Of a stretch of 64,000 nucleotides of DNA, positions 12,660 to 23,928 are shown piece by piece. The notes under the pieces were generated by a model. The model had not been told where the DNA came from, searched no databases, and saw nothing but the letters and a program-made list of their open reading frames with translations. Numbering within the stretch: position 1 is the first letter of the stretch; each line of letters opens with the position of its first letter. The translations under genes were made by a program, and so were the position numbers. Source of the DNA: Eukaryota sp. TZLM1-RC. Its lineage: Eukaryota; Protista; Metamonada: BaSk clade. The stretch is from assembly GCA_040285825.1 (NCBI GenBank), contig JAUPSS010000004.1:4183784-4247783 (forward strand). The letters run 5' to 3'.

Positions 12660-15600
12660 CCAACACATAGGTTGGGTCAAGTTCAGAAACTTCGTCTGTT
12701 CTGAAGGATTACGAAGAACTTCAATCCGCTTTAGATGAAATAGTCGACGAAGGGAAAGTACTTCGCCAACAAATAACGAAGGACGCGGAAGCTCACTTTG
12801 AACCTACAGATGACTGTTTGTTCGAGCAGCTCCCTCCTCTTTGGAAACAAATTACAAAATCTGGTAGAAACGTGGGATTCCAGACTCTGGGCCATAAAGG
12901 GGACCCTAATAGAGTCTACGAATTCCCTCAAAGCGAGAGAAAAGAGTTAATTAATATCTGAAACGCCTTGAGTAGGGATAGCTACGGACGCAGGGCAGAA
13001 CGCCGTCCTAGGATATCTGGCATGGTCAAAGAAATCCATGTGATCCTGGCTAAGCCAATCAAAGATAGACTTGACAAGCAGACAGCATAAATCCAAGCAA
13101 GTTGGAACCCGTCAGCGGCTTTTGTGACGCGGACGCCCTAAATAATATACTTACGGAACGCTCCAGCGTCTCCACATTTAGGAGCCGTTCAAATAACTTT
13201 AGTCAGCAATTCGGGGAATCTACAACAAGGAAGAAGAAGTTCAAATTCATGGTTACGGGCGATCAATCAACAGAGCTCCACCAGAGACCTAAACTTCCAG
13301 TAATTGCCCCCGTAATATCAGAAAAAGAGCAACCGGTACAAGTCTGTTCTATCGATGTACTCCCTAACCACATCCCAACAGTAGATGTGACAGAACGAGT
13401 AAATAGACCTACCAGAGTGGTTCAGGAACCATCAACTTCCTCCCAACCTATGCTTACTAGTGCATCAGAAAACGAAGTCGAGTTGAGTGGACCTAGTTTA
13501 GATGAAACACCTTCTCCTCAACCCCCTCGTAGAAGAATTTCTTCTGAGGAGCCTCTCCGTGTAGCAGATTTCCAAGCTTCAAGAAATTTTTTGAACATGA
13601 GTATAGCGAGTAGTCTTTAGAGACATGTGGACTCTCGGCCTAGGTCAGCTAAATACAAAGCTCCTCGCCTATCCGCGAAGGACCCACTCAACAAGATGTC
13701 TCTCGTCTCCTTCCTTCTCAAGTTCCAAACATGGGATAAATACCTCCTATTCATCATTACGACTTACTTAGAAGTATGATGATAAGTACTTGTCCGTCCG
13801 GCTTATCAAGCATGATTGACCCACATCTCATCTCTAGATGGCAAGGCCAAGGACTTCTGAGACCGGACTTCTCAGACGCTGATCTAATGGTTTTCTGCTA
13901 CGCAGGACGCAATTTACCTCTTATCATGAGGCTTGCTCTGCCCTAGCAAAACCTTGTATAAATTGGAGAAACATCCACAACAAAGTGGATGCGGACAACG
14001 AATTTGGTAGGTTCGTCGAAGATTTTGGAGACGTCCTGAGGATGACCACTTACATGGTTGATCACTCTATATCTGCATCGATTAGGGGAAGCAGCGGTTT
14101 AATAACCCTTTCACCCGCCCTCATTGCAGAATACTTTCTCTTGGACATCGATAATTTTGCCATTGCCAAGGAGCTGGCAAGCCATTGGACAAGAGAAGAT
14201 CTCTGGGACCCTTCAACAGGTACAACTTTGTTAGACCTGATTTCGACCACCAGAAGACACTTTTTAGCTTGGTGCCAAACAACGGGAAATAGGCACACCA
14301 TGGAACTTCTGAGGAAACAAGCTGAAAGAGAAGAAGATATTCCATTAGGCCTTTCGATCATGTGAACCTACTTTAAAGGAGTAATTCCATCTGGTCCAGG
14401 TGCTCTTCGAAAGACATGAGCAGGATGGATCTAAGTTTTGTACATTCTGCAACGTCACCGAAGGAAATAACCCTATTGGTCACACGGTTTTTGAATGTAA
14501 AGACCCTCGTTGTACCAGGAGTAAGGTAGCTAAAGAATTAAGATTTAAGATCGGCGAGGTTGATCAGCCTGCGAGAAGTGGCATTGTAGTTAGGGGCCGA
14601 GGTGGCCGTGGTAGACGTGTAGCTAGATGTAGAGGTAAAGGCCGAGGTGGCCACGTTAAAGGACATAAAGGCAGAGGTCAGTATAGACCTATTTATTACA
14701 TTAATACACAAGAGGAAACATCATCAACATCATCCCGTTCTGAGAACGTGTCAGCTAATTCGAGCATGACCTCTCACAGACGAATCGACCGTTTCAGCAA
14801 CAGGATCAGAAACACAGGTAACTTTCCCTATCGAAAACAAATCAATGCAATCAATCGCAATCAATCAATTGCCGATTTCGGAAACCCAGTCAACAACTCC
14901 CCAACAGCTCAACAATTCTTACTTAATCCTCTACAATTCCACGAACCCAGCTCTGATATTAACAGTATTTTTGGTATAAATTCTACGGTTACTGAAAACC
15001 ACACCAAATCCCAGCGTTCTCCATTTCTAAGATTGGAGATTTTGATAAATAATATAAAAATGATTGCAACTATTGCTTTGGCAGCGTTTTGTTCGGCTAT
15101 AACAGAAGATTTGGCTAACAAATGCAACATGTCAATTAATAGAGATGATACGATTGAGTTCTTACCAGCCAATAACGTATCAAGTAAATCGCTAAGGAGT
15201 GCAAATGGTATTCTGTTGTTCAACGTAAAAAAGCATTGTGCACCACGTACATTATAGACATACTCTTCCAATAAACCCGGGTTCGAACAAACTATTAATA
15301 GGAACAGACATGTTAAAAACACTTGGGCTTCAGACGGATGATGGTCTTTTCATTAGATAAGACAAAGAACACCGCACTTTGTTAAATGCAGAATCTGAAT
15401 TCGACTCAAGAATCGCTCAACATTCGATTGGGACCTTAGATAACCAATCATCGAGTCCTTCCGATTTTGAGGAGCAATTAATTAGATCTGGTTGGGAGAT
15501 AAAATTAGATGATGCTAATAATAAATTAAAAATAACGAGTCTACTAGAAATTTTTAGCGATGTTTTTAGTGAAACTCTAAACAGAAAAGGAATCAATTGT

Positions 15601-18600
15601 AATCCTCTAACAATCCCCTTTAGAGATGAGAATGCTATAGTACACAAGCCTGCTAGACGGTTAAATACCAGCAAAGTGGAAATAGCAAACAAAATATTTG
15701 ATGAACTGATTGAAATGGGCTATTCAGTTGGATCTAATTATAAATTCAGCTCTCCTATTGTCTTAGTTATATATCCTGACGACAAGAAACCCAGGTTGAC
15801 TGGAGACTTTAGCGGTAAAGATGGAGTTAATGCCCACACGATTTCAGAGCCTAATCTACCTAGAATTAGTGATATTTTACAATTTTTGAGTAGTGCAAAC
15901 TACATTGTCACGCTTGATTTACCAAAAGCTTTCTGGCAAATGAATGTAGCTGAGAAGGACATTGAGAAAACATCAATCTCAATCCCTGGAAGGTTAATTA
16001 TGTTCAAAAGAGCTTGTTTCGAATTAAAGAACATCCCAGCAGTTTCTCAAAACGTAATGATGGAAATTTTCCAAATTGATGGGGTTTTTATATATATGGA
16101 TGATATCATAATAGTTGGAACGACTTTCGAAGAATTCTATAAGAGATTACAAAGAGTCCTCCAATGCGCCAGAAATAGACGTGTAAATATAGGCTTACGT
16201 AAATGTAAATTCGTAACATCCAAACACCCTATTGACAATTTAGGAAGCACCTTCCAGGACAAAACTAGATTTATAAGTAAGAAAAAGATCGAAGCCTTGA
16301 TGAGAATCCCTAGACCAAAATCAGTGAAAGAGGTTCGCTCATTGGTAGGATCCATCAATTTTATTAGAGATTGGCTTCCAGTTATTTCTGAATTAATAGC
16401 TCCAATTAATGAGTTAATTAAAGGAAAACCTAGAATAATTAAATGGACCAACAAGCATGATGATTATTTTGAACAAATAAAAAATTTAATAATTAATCAC
16501 ATGCCCCTTGAATTACCAGCTCCGGGCAAGCATGTATTAATAAGTACTGACGCATCAGATGTAGCAGTAAGAGGTGTTATTTGGCAGGAAATTGAACCAC
16601 ACTCTTTTGCAGGAACCGCGCTGAATAAAAGGAAAGTGAAACCTTTGTCGTTCTATAGTAGATTACTTAAAGAAACACAAAGAAAATGGTCCACTTTACA
16701 GAAAGAATTATATGCAATACTTCAGATTTTAACTGAAAGTTGTTTAGAAAGCTACCTTTTGACTAGACATCTAACAATTTTCACTGATCACAAAAATATT
16801 GCATTCCTGGCCACAGCCCCAGAGAAAAACAGAATTGTAAAGAGATGGCTGCCGATACTATCTGAATTCGACTTTGATATAGTCCATGAACCAGGTGAAG
16901 ATAACCACTGGGCAGATATGCTATCGAGGAATATTGATTTAGATCAAAACGACGGAACTGCTTCTATCTGTAGTATAAATATACCAGATACCTTACTTTC
17001 GAATTACGAGATACCTCCATTAGACGATGATTCTGATTCGGACTTTGAAGATATCCCATCAATCTCATCCTTAAGTAGACACCAGGACTTATCTATTTTT
17101 TCTTTTTGGTTCTCTAAAATAAGATCTGAACAACAAATGGCCAGAAATAACAATGACTCTCTATTTGAGAATGCAATTCTAGATGAGAATACTCAAATTT
17201 GGAAAAATAATAAAAATAAAATTTTAATTCCAAAAAGCCTCAGAAAACAGGCTTTACTATTAATACATGGATTGGTTCAATCTACCCACCCCAGCAAAAA
17301 CGACAGTCTACATAAATTGTCTAAAAGCGACTTTTTCTGGCCTAATATGAGAAAGGACCACATAAACCACATCAAAAGGTGCCCAACTTGTCAAAAAAAA
17401 CGGCACCAGTCAAAAGAACAAAAACACCTTCCATAGGTTCCTTTTGGGCAGATCGTCCATTCGCTAGATTAAATGTCGATACAATTGGACCTCTGAATAC
17501 TGATAGCGATGGTAATAAATACTTGTTAGTATTTGTAGATTCTTTTACTGGTTATTCAATTTTAGTCCCTCTAGAGGAACTCAATGCCTTAGAGACCGCA
17601 GACGCATCAATTTGGAACGTTTGCGCAATTTTTGGCATACCTATGTTAATTCATAGTGATAATGGTCCTGAGTTCGCCAATGAAACTTTCAAGATAGTGT
17701 GAAACAGATTAGCTATTGAGACGAGTAACTGAATACCCCACTACTCTGAAAGTAATCGACTTGTAGAACGTAAACATAGAGACGTTTTACAATGCTTGAG
17801 GAAATAGTTAATAGATTTTAATGATTATGGAAATAGGTCTACTTATGTACCCAGATCCCAACTATTAAAAATTCTACTAAAAGCAGAAAACCAGGTTTTA
17901 TTCCATACGAACTTATGTTTGGATTTTCGATTAGTCCAAGATCGGACCCTGCAAATATATAAGGAAACTTATCAAAATTCGATTCCAATATTCCTTTATT
18001 AGATGATATTAAATTACAAAATATCGTCTACAAGAAAAAGGGAAGAAGCAGAGCGTCATCAATCATTAAATACTCCGACTTCAGTAGACAATACTAATTC
18101 ACGTTTTATAGTATTTAATATTGGTGACTATTTCCTTTGTAAAGCCAAACAAAATAATAAATTGCATGGATCTTGGAACGGACCCTTTTTAGTAATAGAT
18201 CATCCTTCCAACTCTACTTTATTATTGAAGAATCTTACCACTGGCACCGAATTAAAGGCTGCTAAGAAAGATTGTAAAATCTATAACGCAGATAATCCTC
18301 AGGATATCGAATTCCTTAAGGCAGTCGCAGCAGGCGATGCTGAGAAACATGTTATAGAGAAAATCCTCTCAGAATATAGTTCTGACTCAGGTAGTTTCTG
18401 TACTGTTCAATGGTTTGGCGGTGAGACAACTGTAGAGCCTCTCCATTCAGTTAAACATTCAGAAGCTTATAAGTTGTTCAGTAAGAATAACATGAAAATT
18501 GGAAAACGTACTACTAATCAACATAAAAGTACCTCTAATAACTCTACGCCTTACAAGAGGCCTAGACGTAGTAATAGAATAAGAAAGTGATGCTAATTCT

Positions 18601-18760
18601 TAGTTTATATAGATTATTTATAGTTATTTAGTTATTTGTTTATAGTTTAGTTCATATTCATTTAAGCCGATTGATTTTGAAAAAGGGGAGAAGCAGTGTT
18701 GACGCCCTTAGGCTTTTATAATTTGAATAGAAAATAAATCAGCTTTATCTTACCCCACTT
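12660..18760 (+). mobile_element. Ty3/Gypsy LTR retrotransposon (gag-PR-RT-RH-IN-chromodomain-like), degraded, LTRs truncated
   Basis: SSPIVLV, LDLPKAFWQ, YMDD, TDAS, integrase HH-CC, VDTIGP, HSDNGPEF and GSWNGPF motifs, chromodomain-like tail. PPT AAAAGGGGAGAAGCAG is followed by TGTT at 18697. Confidence 0.9.
15379..17436 (+). CDS. Gypsy pol fragment (RT, RNase H, integrase zinc-binding region)
   Basis: 685-aa open frame with RT and RNase H motifs. It frameshifts into the integrase core (17379-17702). Confidence 0.8.
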   Translation: MLNAESEFDSRIAQHSIGTLDNQSSSPSDFEEQLIRSGWEIKLDDANNKLKITSLLEIFSDVFSETLNRKGINCNPLTIPFRDENAIVHKPARRLNTSKVEIANKIFDELIEMGYSVGSNYKFSSPIVLVIYPDDKKPRLTGDFSGKDGVNAHTISEPNLPRISDILQFLSSANYIVTLDLPKAFWQMNVAEKDIEKTSISIPGRLIMFKRACFELKNIPAVSQNVMMEIFQIDGVFIYMDDIIIVGTTFEEFYKRLQRVLQCARNRRVNIGLRKCKFVTSKHPIDNLGSTFQDKTRFISKKKIEALMRIPRPKSVKEVRSLVGSINFIRDWLPVISELIAPINELIKGKPRIIKWTNKHDDYFEQIKNLIINHMPLELPAPGKHVLISTDASDVAVRGVIWQEIEPHSFAGTALNKRKVKPLSFYSRLLKETQRKWSTLQKELYAILQILTESCLESYLLTRHLTIFTDHKNIAFLATAPEKNRIVKRWLPILSEFDFDIVHEPGEDNHWADMLSRNIDLDQNDGTASICSINIPDTLLSNYEIPPLDDDSDSDFEDIPSISSLSRHQDLSIFSFWFSKIRSEQQMARNNNDSLFENAILDENTQIWKNNKNKILIPKSLRKQALLLIHGLVQSTHPSKNDSLHKLSKSDFFWPNMRKDHINHIKRCPTCQKKRHQSKEQKHLP

Positions 18761-18774
18761 TTCCAACCTACGGC

Positions 18775-19165
18775 ATCATTTGCAGCAAGGACAATATTGA
18801 TGAGTTCTTAACAGCATTAAAGGCGTTTTTGAAATCTAAATTAAAAAAATAATTTGAATCATTTGAATTAAAGAAAACGTCAGAAGACAAAGCCGCAGAA
18901 GATGCTTTAATACCAAATTAACAAGGACTAAAAAAATCTTTAGCTTTTTTACTAATCCTACCGAAAACTGCAGAAGCAAGAATACGAGACAGTGATTCTC
19001 CAATTGCAGCTGGTCTTATTTTAGTTTCGTTCTTTTTTTAAGCAATTAACCGCGAACTTGTTATTTCAGATGGAAGCTTCATTTTTAATGTTAAAATTTT
19101 ATTGAAAAAGGAGACCAAATCATCAATGCATTCAGGACATTGATTCATTGTTGATTTTAACATAA
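18775..19165 (-). mobile_element. Non-LTR RT fragment
   Basis: Homologous to about 11540-11920 (RP.AIGESLSR and LDFKNAFN motifs). Confidence 0.75.
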
Positions 19166-20673
19166 ACTATTGGTCTAAATAAAAAATGAGAACTAATGGT
19201 AAAAATTCATTGAATTGAGGTTCGTCTAAAAATAGTGGTGTATTGGTTTCTTGCGTTAGCATCTGTGATTCGATCAAGGATAGTCGCAATTTATTATTGA
19301 TAGCATATCGAATTCAGCAACACCATAGCAACCAAATATCTGAGGTTCTTTTGTTAAGAAGTATCTGATGTATGATCAGAATTCTTTCAAAGCTCATTCT
19401 ATCTTGAGTAATTCAAGAAATTCATCAAGCAATGTATCAAGTTCAAGTGTTCTGACGATAAATTTTCTATTAGGACAACAATAAAGAAAAGTGACGCATG
19501 CTGGAATAACACAATAAAAGCCTGATTAAATGATGATAATCACATTATTGTATGTAGCTTAGCTTTAGTGATGCCAAAATCCGTCGCACACAAAGGTAAA
19601 AGAAGCACCATGAGATTGGTAGGACTAAAAAAATAATTTAAATAAATAATAATAATAATTTTGAAATACTGAGCTTGCAACACTTTTAAGTCACCGTTCA
19701 TGGTGTTTTTCTATCATTCTACTCCATCAGACATCCATACACGAGATTCTCTAGCAACTAGCAAAGATGCGGTACAAGTAATTGTGAGACTAAAATGCTA
19801 ATTCTATGGTTTTCATTTTATATTTTGGGATGAATAATCATTTCCTTGATGAAATGCAGCTATTAGCAACTATTTTTCTTGCTGCAACTTCAAGCTGAAA
19901 TGATTCAACGAAAAAATCTAAATTTGACAATAACAATTCAAGACTCTGTTATTTCGTACTTTTTAATGTATGTCTACCATCTAGATATTGTTCCATCGGT
20001 GATTTCAACTCACAAATCAAGACTAACTTCATTTTTTCTCATCTGTTTTTGTGATAAAAATAAAATCAGGACTTAACTCATCCACAACCAAAGGAAAATT
20101 TACATAATGATTTGTATAATAAGACAAATCACATCAAACATCAAAAGGGTGTAGGAAATGAAGTAAGATGTTAACAAAATTATTTATAATTGAATCGTAT
20201 TTCCATTTAGGTCTATCGTCTATTTCGGTAATTTGATAATGTGGACAAATTACGTTGCTGCTCCAAAATGTCAAAGTATGCACAGTGGAGATAACAGTTT
20301 AGATCCATCAGGCATTTACCGATGAATTTTCCACCGATAATGGTTATCAGCAGTAGGTAATGCATTCAAGGAAGAATTAATTACAAACTTAATCAAACTT
20401 TTAAAATTAATCTAGGAGTAGGTCAACATCAGTACTATAAAGCTGATGCAACTAGTAATCTTAAAAATCCAATTCAAGAGCACAAACAATAATTTTGAAA
20501 ATGGACAATATTAAACAGGTCCCATTCCATGGACTTTTTCACACTGTCTAAACATTGAATGTGTCGGCAATTGGGATTGGAGAGGTGAATGCTTACAACT
20601 AACATTCTCAGAATAAATGTAAGCCAAAGGCCTCTAATCTGATCTTTTACAAAGGTCTGCGGGGGAAGGAAAG

Positions 20674-20856
20674 GTTAATGTGTAATCTGTGGATTTCATT
20701 TGAAATGCATACTTTCGTCAAGCATCATTCAAACTTATTCCAAGAACTTTCATTCTTGGTGAGATCGTCCACAGACGTTCTAGAATCCTCGAATAATTGG
20801 CCACCAATCTCAGTGAGCCCATTTCTCCTCTAAAACAATACGTAGCTTTGAAGCTA
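20674..20856 (-). ncRNA. Candidate omegaRNA (Fanzor guide scaffold)
   Basis: Lies directly after the Fanzor stop. An 8-bp helix TCTGTGGA/TCCACAGA encloses two GAAA-tetraloop hairpins (20740-20759 and 20699-20733), with further hairpins upstream. Terminal ACAGATT-N5-TTAAC. Confidence 0.65.
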
Positions 20857-22683
20857 GTTTCTTTGTGGTCTCTGGAACGCTTCTGGTCTTGTTCCATAGT
20901 AGTGCTCACTAACTGCAATTTCTAGCTGATTTAGTGATGCAGAAATGTCTCTAGACCATACTTGATTACATTCCGGACAACTGAAATAGGCGTTGTGAAC
21001 TTTAACTTCACCATCAACTTCTCTATAGATCTTTTGGTGTAGCATCTTGCAGCAGTTCACCTTTGCAGATGTCATATATTCATCTCCGATCTTCACATTA
21101 GCAAATGAACATTGTAACAACTTGAGAAATGCCTTACGTGGAGTTTTCACTTTTTGACGTGATGTACCACCACCTCCATTGCCAAACCACACCTTTACTT
21201 CTCGACCGTTTGCAAATTTTTTCACTTTGTTGATAATGGAGCTGAATCTTTTCTGTTTTCTTATAAAGAAGTCAAATGTGTTTCTCCTCAATGCTTTTCG
21301 AGCACTCAGATATAATTGATGTTTTAGCAATGATCGTCTTACGTTATTACCTTCATAGTCCTTATAGTCACCGATAGTTGATATTTCAAGCAGATAATGG
21401 TTCAATTTCTGCACGTCATAAACATCTATTGATGAGTGGGTCAGTGAAGCGGAGTGATTGATTTTTCGTTGCTTTGGTGCCAAGAAGATATTGGATACGG
21501 TCGGCCCTGAACGTGTTCCAATACTGGAACCACATAGATTTGAATGGTTGGGGTCGATGGCCCAGAACACCATTTCCGTTTGGTCATCAGGTGCCTGCCA
21601 CTCAGTAGCTTTTGGTTTCTGGCGAGGTCTTGGCCGTTCAACCTTGGCTTGCAGGGTATGTTTTCTATTCCGAGTGGTTTCGTAGTAGTCAAGTTCCCCT
21701 CTAAATCTCTTATTACTCAAGGCTTCTCCGGACAATCTCACTCGTGTTGCTTTGGGGTGCGGTTTGAAAGTTATACGGACACTATCACCATTAGAAGACA
21801 TGGTGTAGTCATTAGCTTTTGTTTTAAACAATAAATAAGGGTTTTTCAAAATTGTTTGTGATGTGTTTTTGGAGATAAAATGGTTGAGAACCCATGTGGA
21901 AAAGGGGACAAAAGCAGGCTTCAAACTAGCGATGGGAGTGAGTCTATGTCGTCTAAAGGTATATGGAAAGGCTTGCTCCAGGTAGTTTTGGATTGTTAAG
22001 CCGCAACGAAAGATGTAGGTACTGTTCTCTTGATTAAGAGTCACTCTTCGAGAAGAAAGAAGAGTGTTGTACCTTTGAGGATCACCAACCAAAAAGTTAA
22101 ACAGAGTAAGAGCCATGGTATGGTGAGTGTTGAACCAAGAAAGAAGAGGTTCACGAAAGTTCGTGCTGTTGTGAAGAACAGAACCAGCATAAGTGGCTGG
22201 TGCAGGGCAGTTATCACCTACCGCATACGAGCGGAAGAAGTTAAGCTTCCACGACACAAGTCCATCAGCAAGAAGCTGCTGGTAGTTGCCTTGCAGCTGG
22301 CGGCACTTTGCATCCACTAGTTGTTGTAGAGGCCTACTAGTGGGTAGTGCATGATTACGACCTGTTCTTGACAAGAACAAGACAGCAAACGGCCATGATG
22401 TAGAGATTCGCTCGAGCTTCTCATACACATGGCCTTTGCCAGGTCTGTTAAATGGATGTCTGACTTTTGGCTTAGAGACCGCCTCAAAGTCAAGACACTG
22501 GATCCAGAATTGATGCTGAGTCAGGAAATGACTGTCTTCAGGGAACCGCACAGCAAAAACTCTGGCCAGCAAACTGCCGAGGTGAGCCATGGTGGTCACC
22601 TTGGTCAGCTGTCCATCAATGTAATCACACACTGGCCGCTCAAAGAACTGATGAAGGGAGCAGGCACGTGCCCATAACTGCAT
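20854..22683 (-). CDS. Fanzor1/TnpB-like RNA-guided endonuclease, intact (about 609 aa from ATG 22683)
   Basis: RuvC-I WAIDPN, VWFGNG, RuvC-II GDEYMTS, Zn ligands NCC..CPEC, RuvC-III WSRDISASLN and terminal RPEAF. Start chosen by homology to the paralog ATG at 7647 and its conserved leader. Confidence 0.85.
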   Translation of the reverse strand: MQLWARACSLHQFFERPVCDYIDGQLTKVTTMAHLGSLLARVFAVRFPEDSHFLTQHQFWIQCLDFEAVSKPKVRHPFNRPGKGHVYEKLERISTSWPFAVLFLSRTGRNHALPTSRPLQQLVDAKCRQLQGNYQQLLADGLVSWKLNFFRSYAVGDNCPAPATYAGSVLHNSTNFREPLLSWFNTHHTMALTLFNFLVGDPQRYNTLLSSRRVTLNQENSTYIFRCGLTIQNYLEQAFPYTFRRHRLTPIASLKPAFVPFSTWVLNHFISKNTSQTILKNPYLLFKTKANDYTMSSNGDSVRITFKPHPKATRVRLSGEALSNKRFRGELDYYETTRNRKHTLQAKVERPRPRQKPKATEWQAPDDQTEMVFWAIDPNHSNLCGSSIGTRSGPTVSNIFLAPKQRKINHSASLTHSSIDVYDVQKLNHYLLEISTIGDYKDYEGNNVRRSLLKHQLYLSARKALRRNTFDFFIRKQKRFSSIINKVKKFANGREVKVWFGNGGGGTSRQKVKTPRKAFLKLLQCSFANVKIGDEYMTSAKVNCCKMLHQKIYREVDGEVKVHNAYFSCPECNQVWSRDISASLNQLEIAVSEHYYGTRPEAFQRPQRN

Positions 22684-23710
22684 AGTCCTTACTGAAAACG
22701 GAAGGTGCAGACAATCAAAAATGATTGATTTCTCAGTTTCAGTTACTTTTAAAATTTGGTGTATTTTCAACTCCTTACATCCACAAAACAATGAAACATG
22801 CACAAACTGATAAATAGACAAATTTATAATAGATACTGGACATGCTTTAAGCATTTTCTTTCCTAAAAATAGTAAACTGATGCGAAATTTGACGAAATTG
22901 TTGTTAGTCAAAGCAGTTGTTCGTTTAATCAAGGGTGTTTGTAGATTCAAAAAATTCGTAAAGTTTCACAATTTAATTCCCTTATTCAGTACAAACACGT
23001 TACCAAGGGAAGTCACAACACCCATTTCTTTCTTACCATTTCTTTCCCTCTTTGACGAAGAACCTTTTGCTCCTCGTTCAACTATATCTGAGTTTGCCAT
23101 GGATCTTTGTGGAACTGTTGGCTTTTCTATTATAGCGATTATAGGTTTCGTTTAGTGTGCTCACACATTGACTATAAAACATTGAATCTCATAAAATAGA
23201 CTAACAAAAGACAGTCTGTATAGACACTACTGGCTATTCTTGAGTCTAAACTCGAGTCTATTGCAGATCGTCCATCCCAAGCTGTGCCAACAACTTCTGC
23301 TGTGTCACCCCTTTCAGCTGCACTTCTTGTCTTGAAACTAGACATCTGAATACCTATTATTACCATCAGTTATCAATATACACCCTTACACCTCTGGTAT
23401 CGTTTGTTCACTCTCTACGAATCAACTCACTCCAATCTTAATCTACTCCAGTCTAACCTACTGCTGAAATACATGAACTTCTAAAGTCTAATGAGCAGAA
23501 GATTTTTGAACTTAATGAACTCCAATTGAAACTGCATTGAAGACACTTGTAATGTTAGTCAACATGGCTTCCTTGTAGAGATTGATTTTGACTAATTTCA
23601 TATTAATGTAGTGTGATACGATAATAAGTCTGAAGACATCCACGCTGCTATGAGTGAAACCTATCCCCTTGAATTCAGGTTCGGACTCTTGAGAAAGCAG
23701 ATTTTCTGGT

Positions 23711-23766
23711 TAATAACCTATTTCTACCTATAAATAACCTAAAATAACCTATAAATAACCTATAAC
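23711..23766. repeat. Short tandem AATAACCTA(T) array
   Basis: About 5 imperfect copies of AATAACCTA are visible. Confidence 0.6.
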
Positions 23767-23928
23767 TAATAGTTCCAAAATAAAATATTATCGATTCATG
23801 TTTTATAGTGTTCGTTCAAGTGTTGGTAAAAAAATAGTGTTGGTGAAAGAGTGTAAGAATTTGTGGGAAGGGAAGTTTATGTGAAAAGATTCAATTGCCC
23901 ACAAATGCAGTGAAATTGCACACAACTA

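Noticed and set aside
19165-20650. Possible transposase remnant that could be the Fanzor's mobiliser
   Set aside because: No coherent DDE, HUH or serine-recombinase motifs could be read by eye. A translated profile search is needed.
22684-22950. N-terminal 89 aa of the 698-aa ORF-track call
   Set aside because: It starts at TTG and has UTR-like composition. The paralog aligns from the ATG at 22683, with a conserved non-coding leader upstream.
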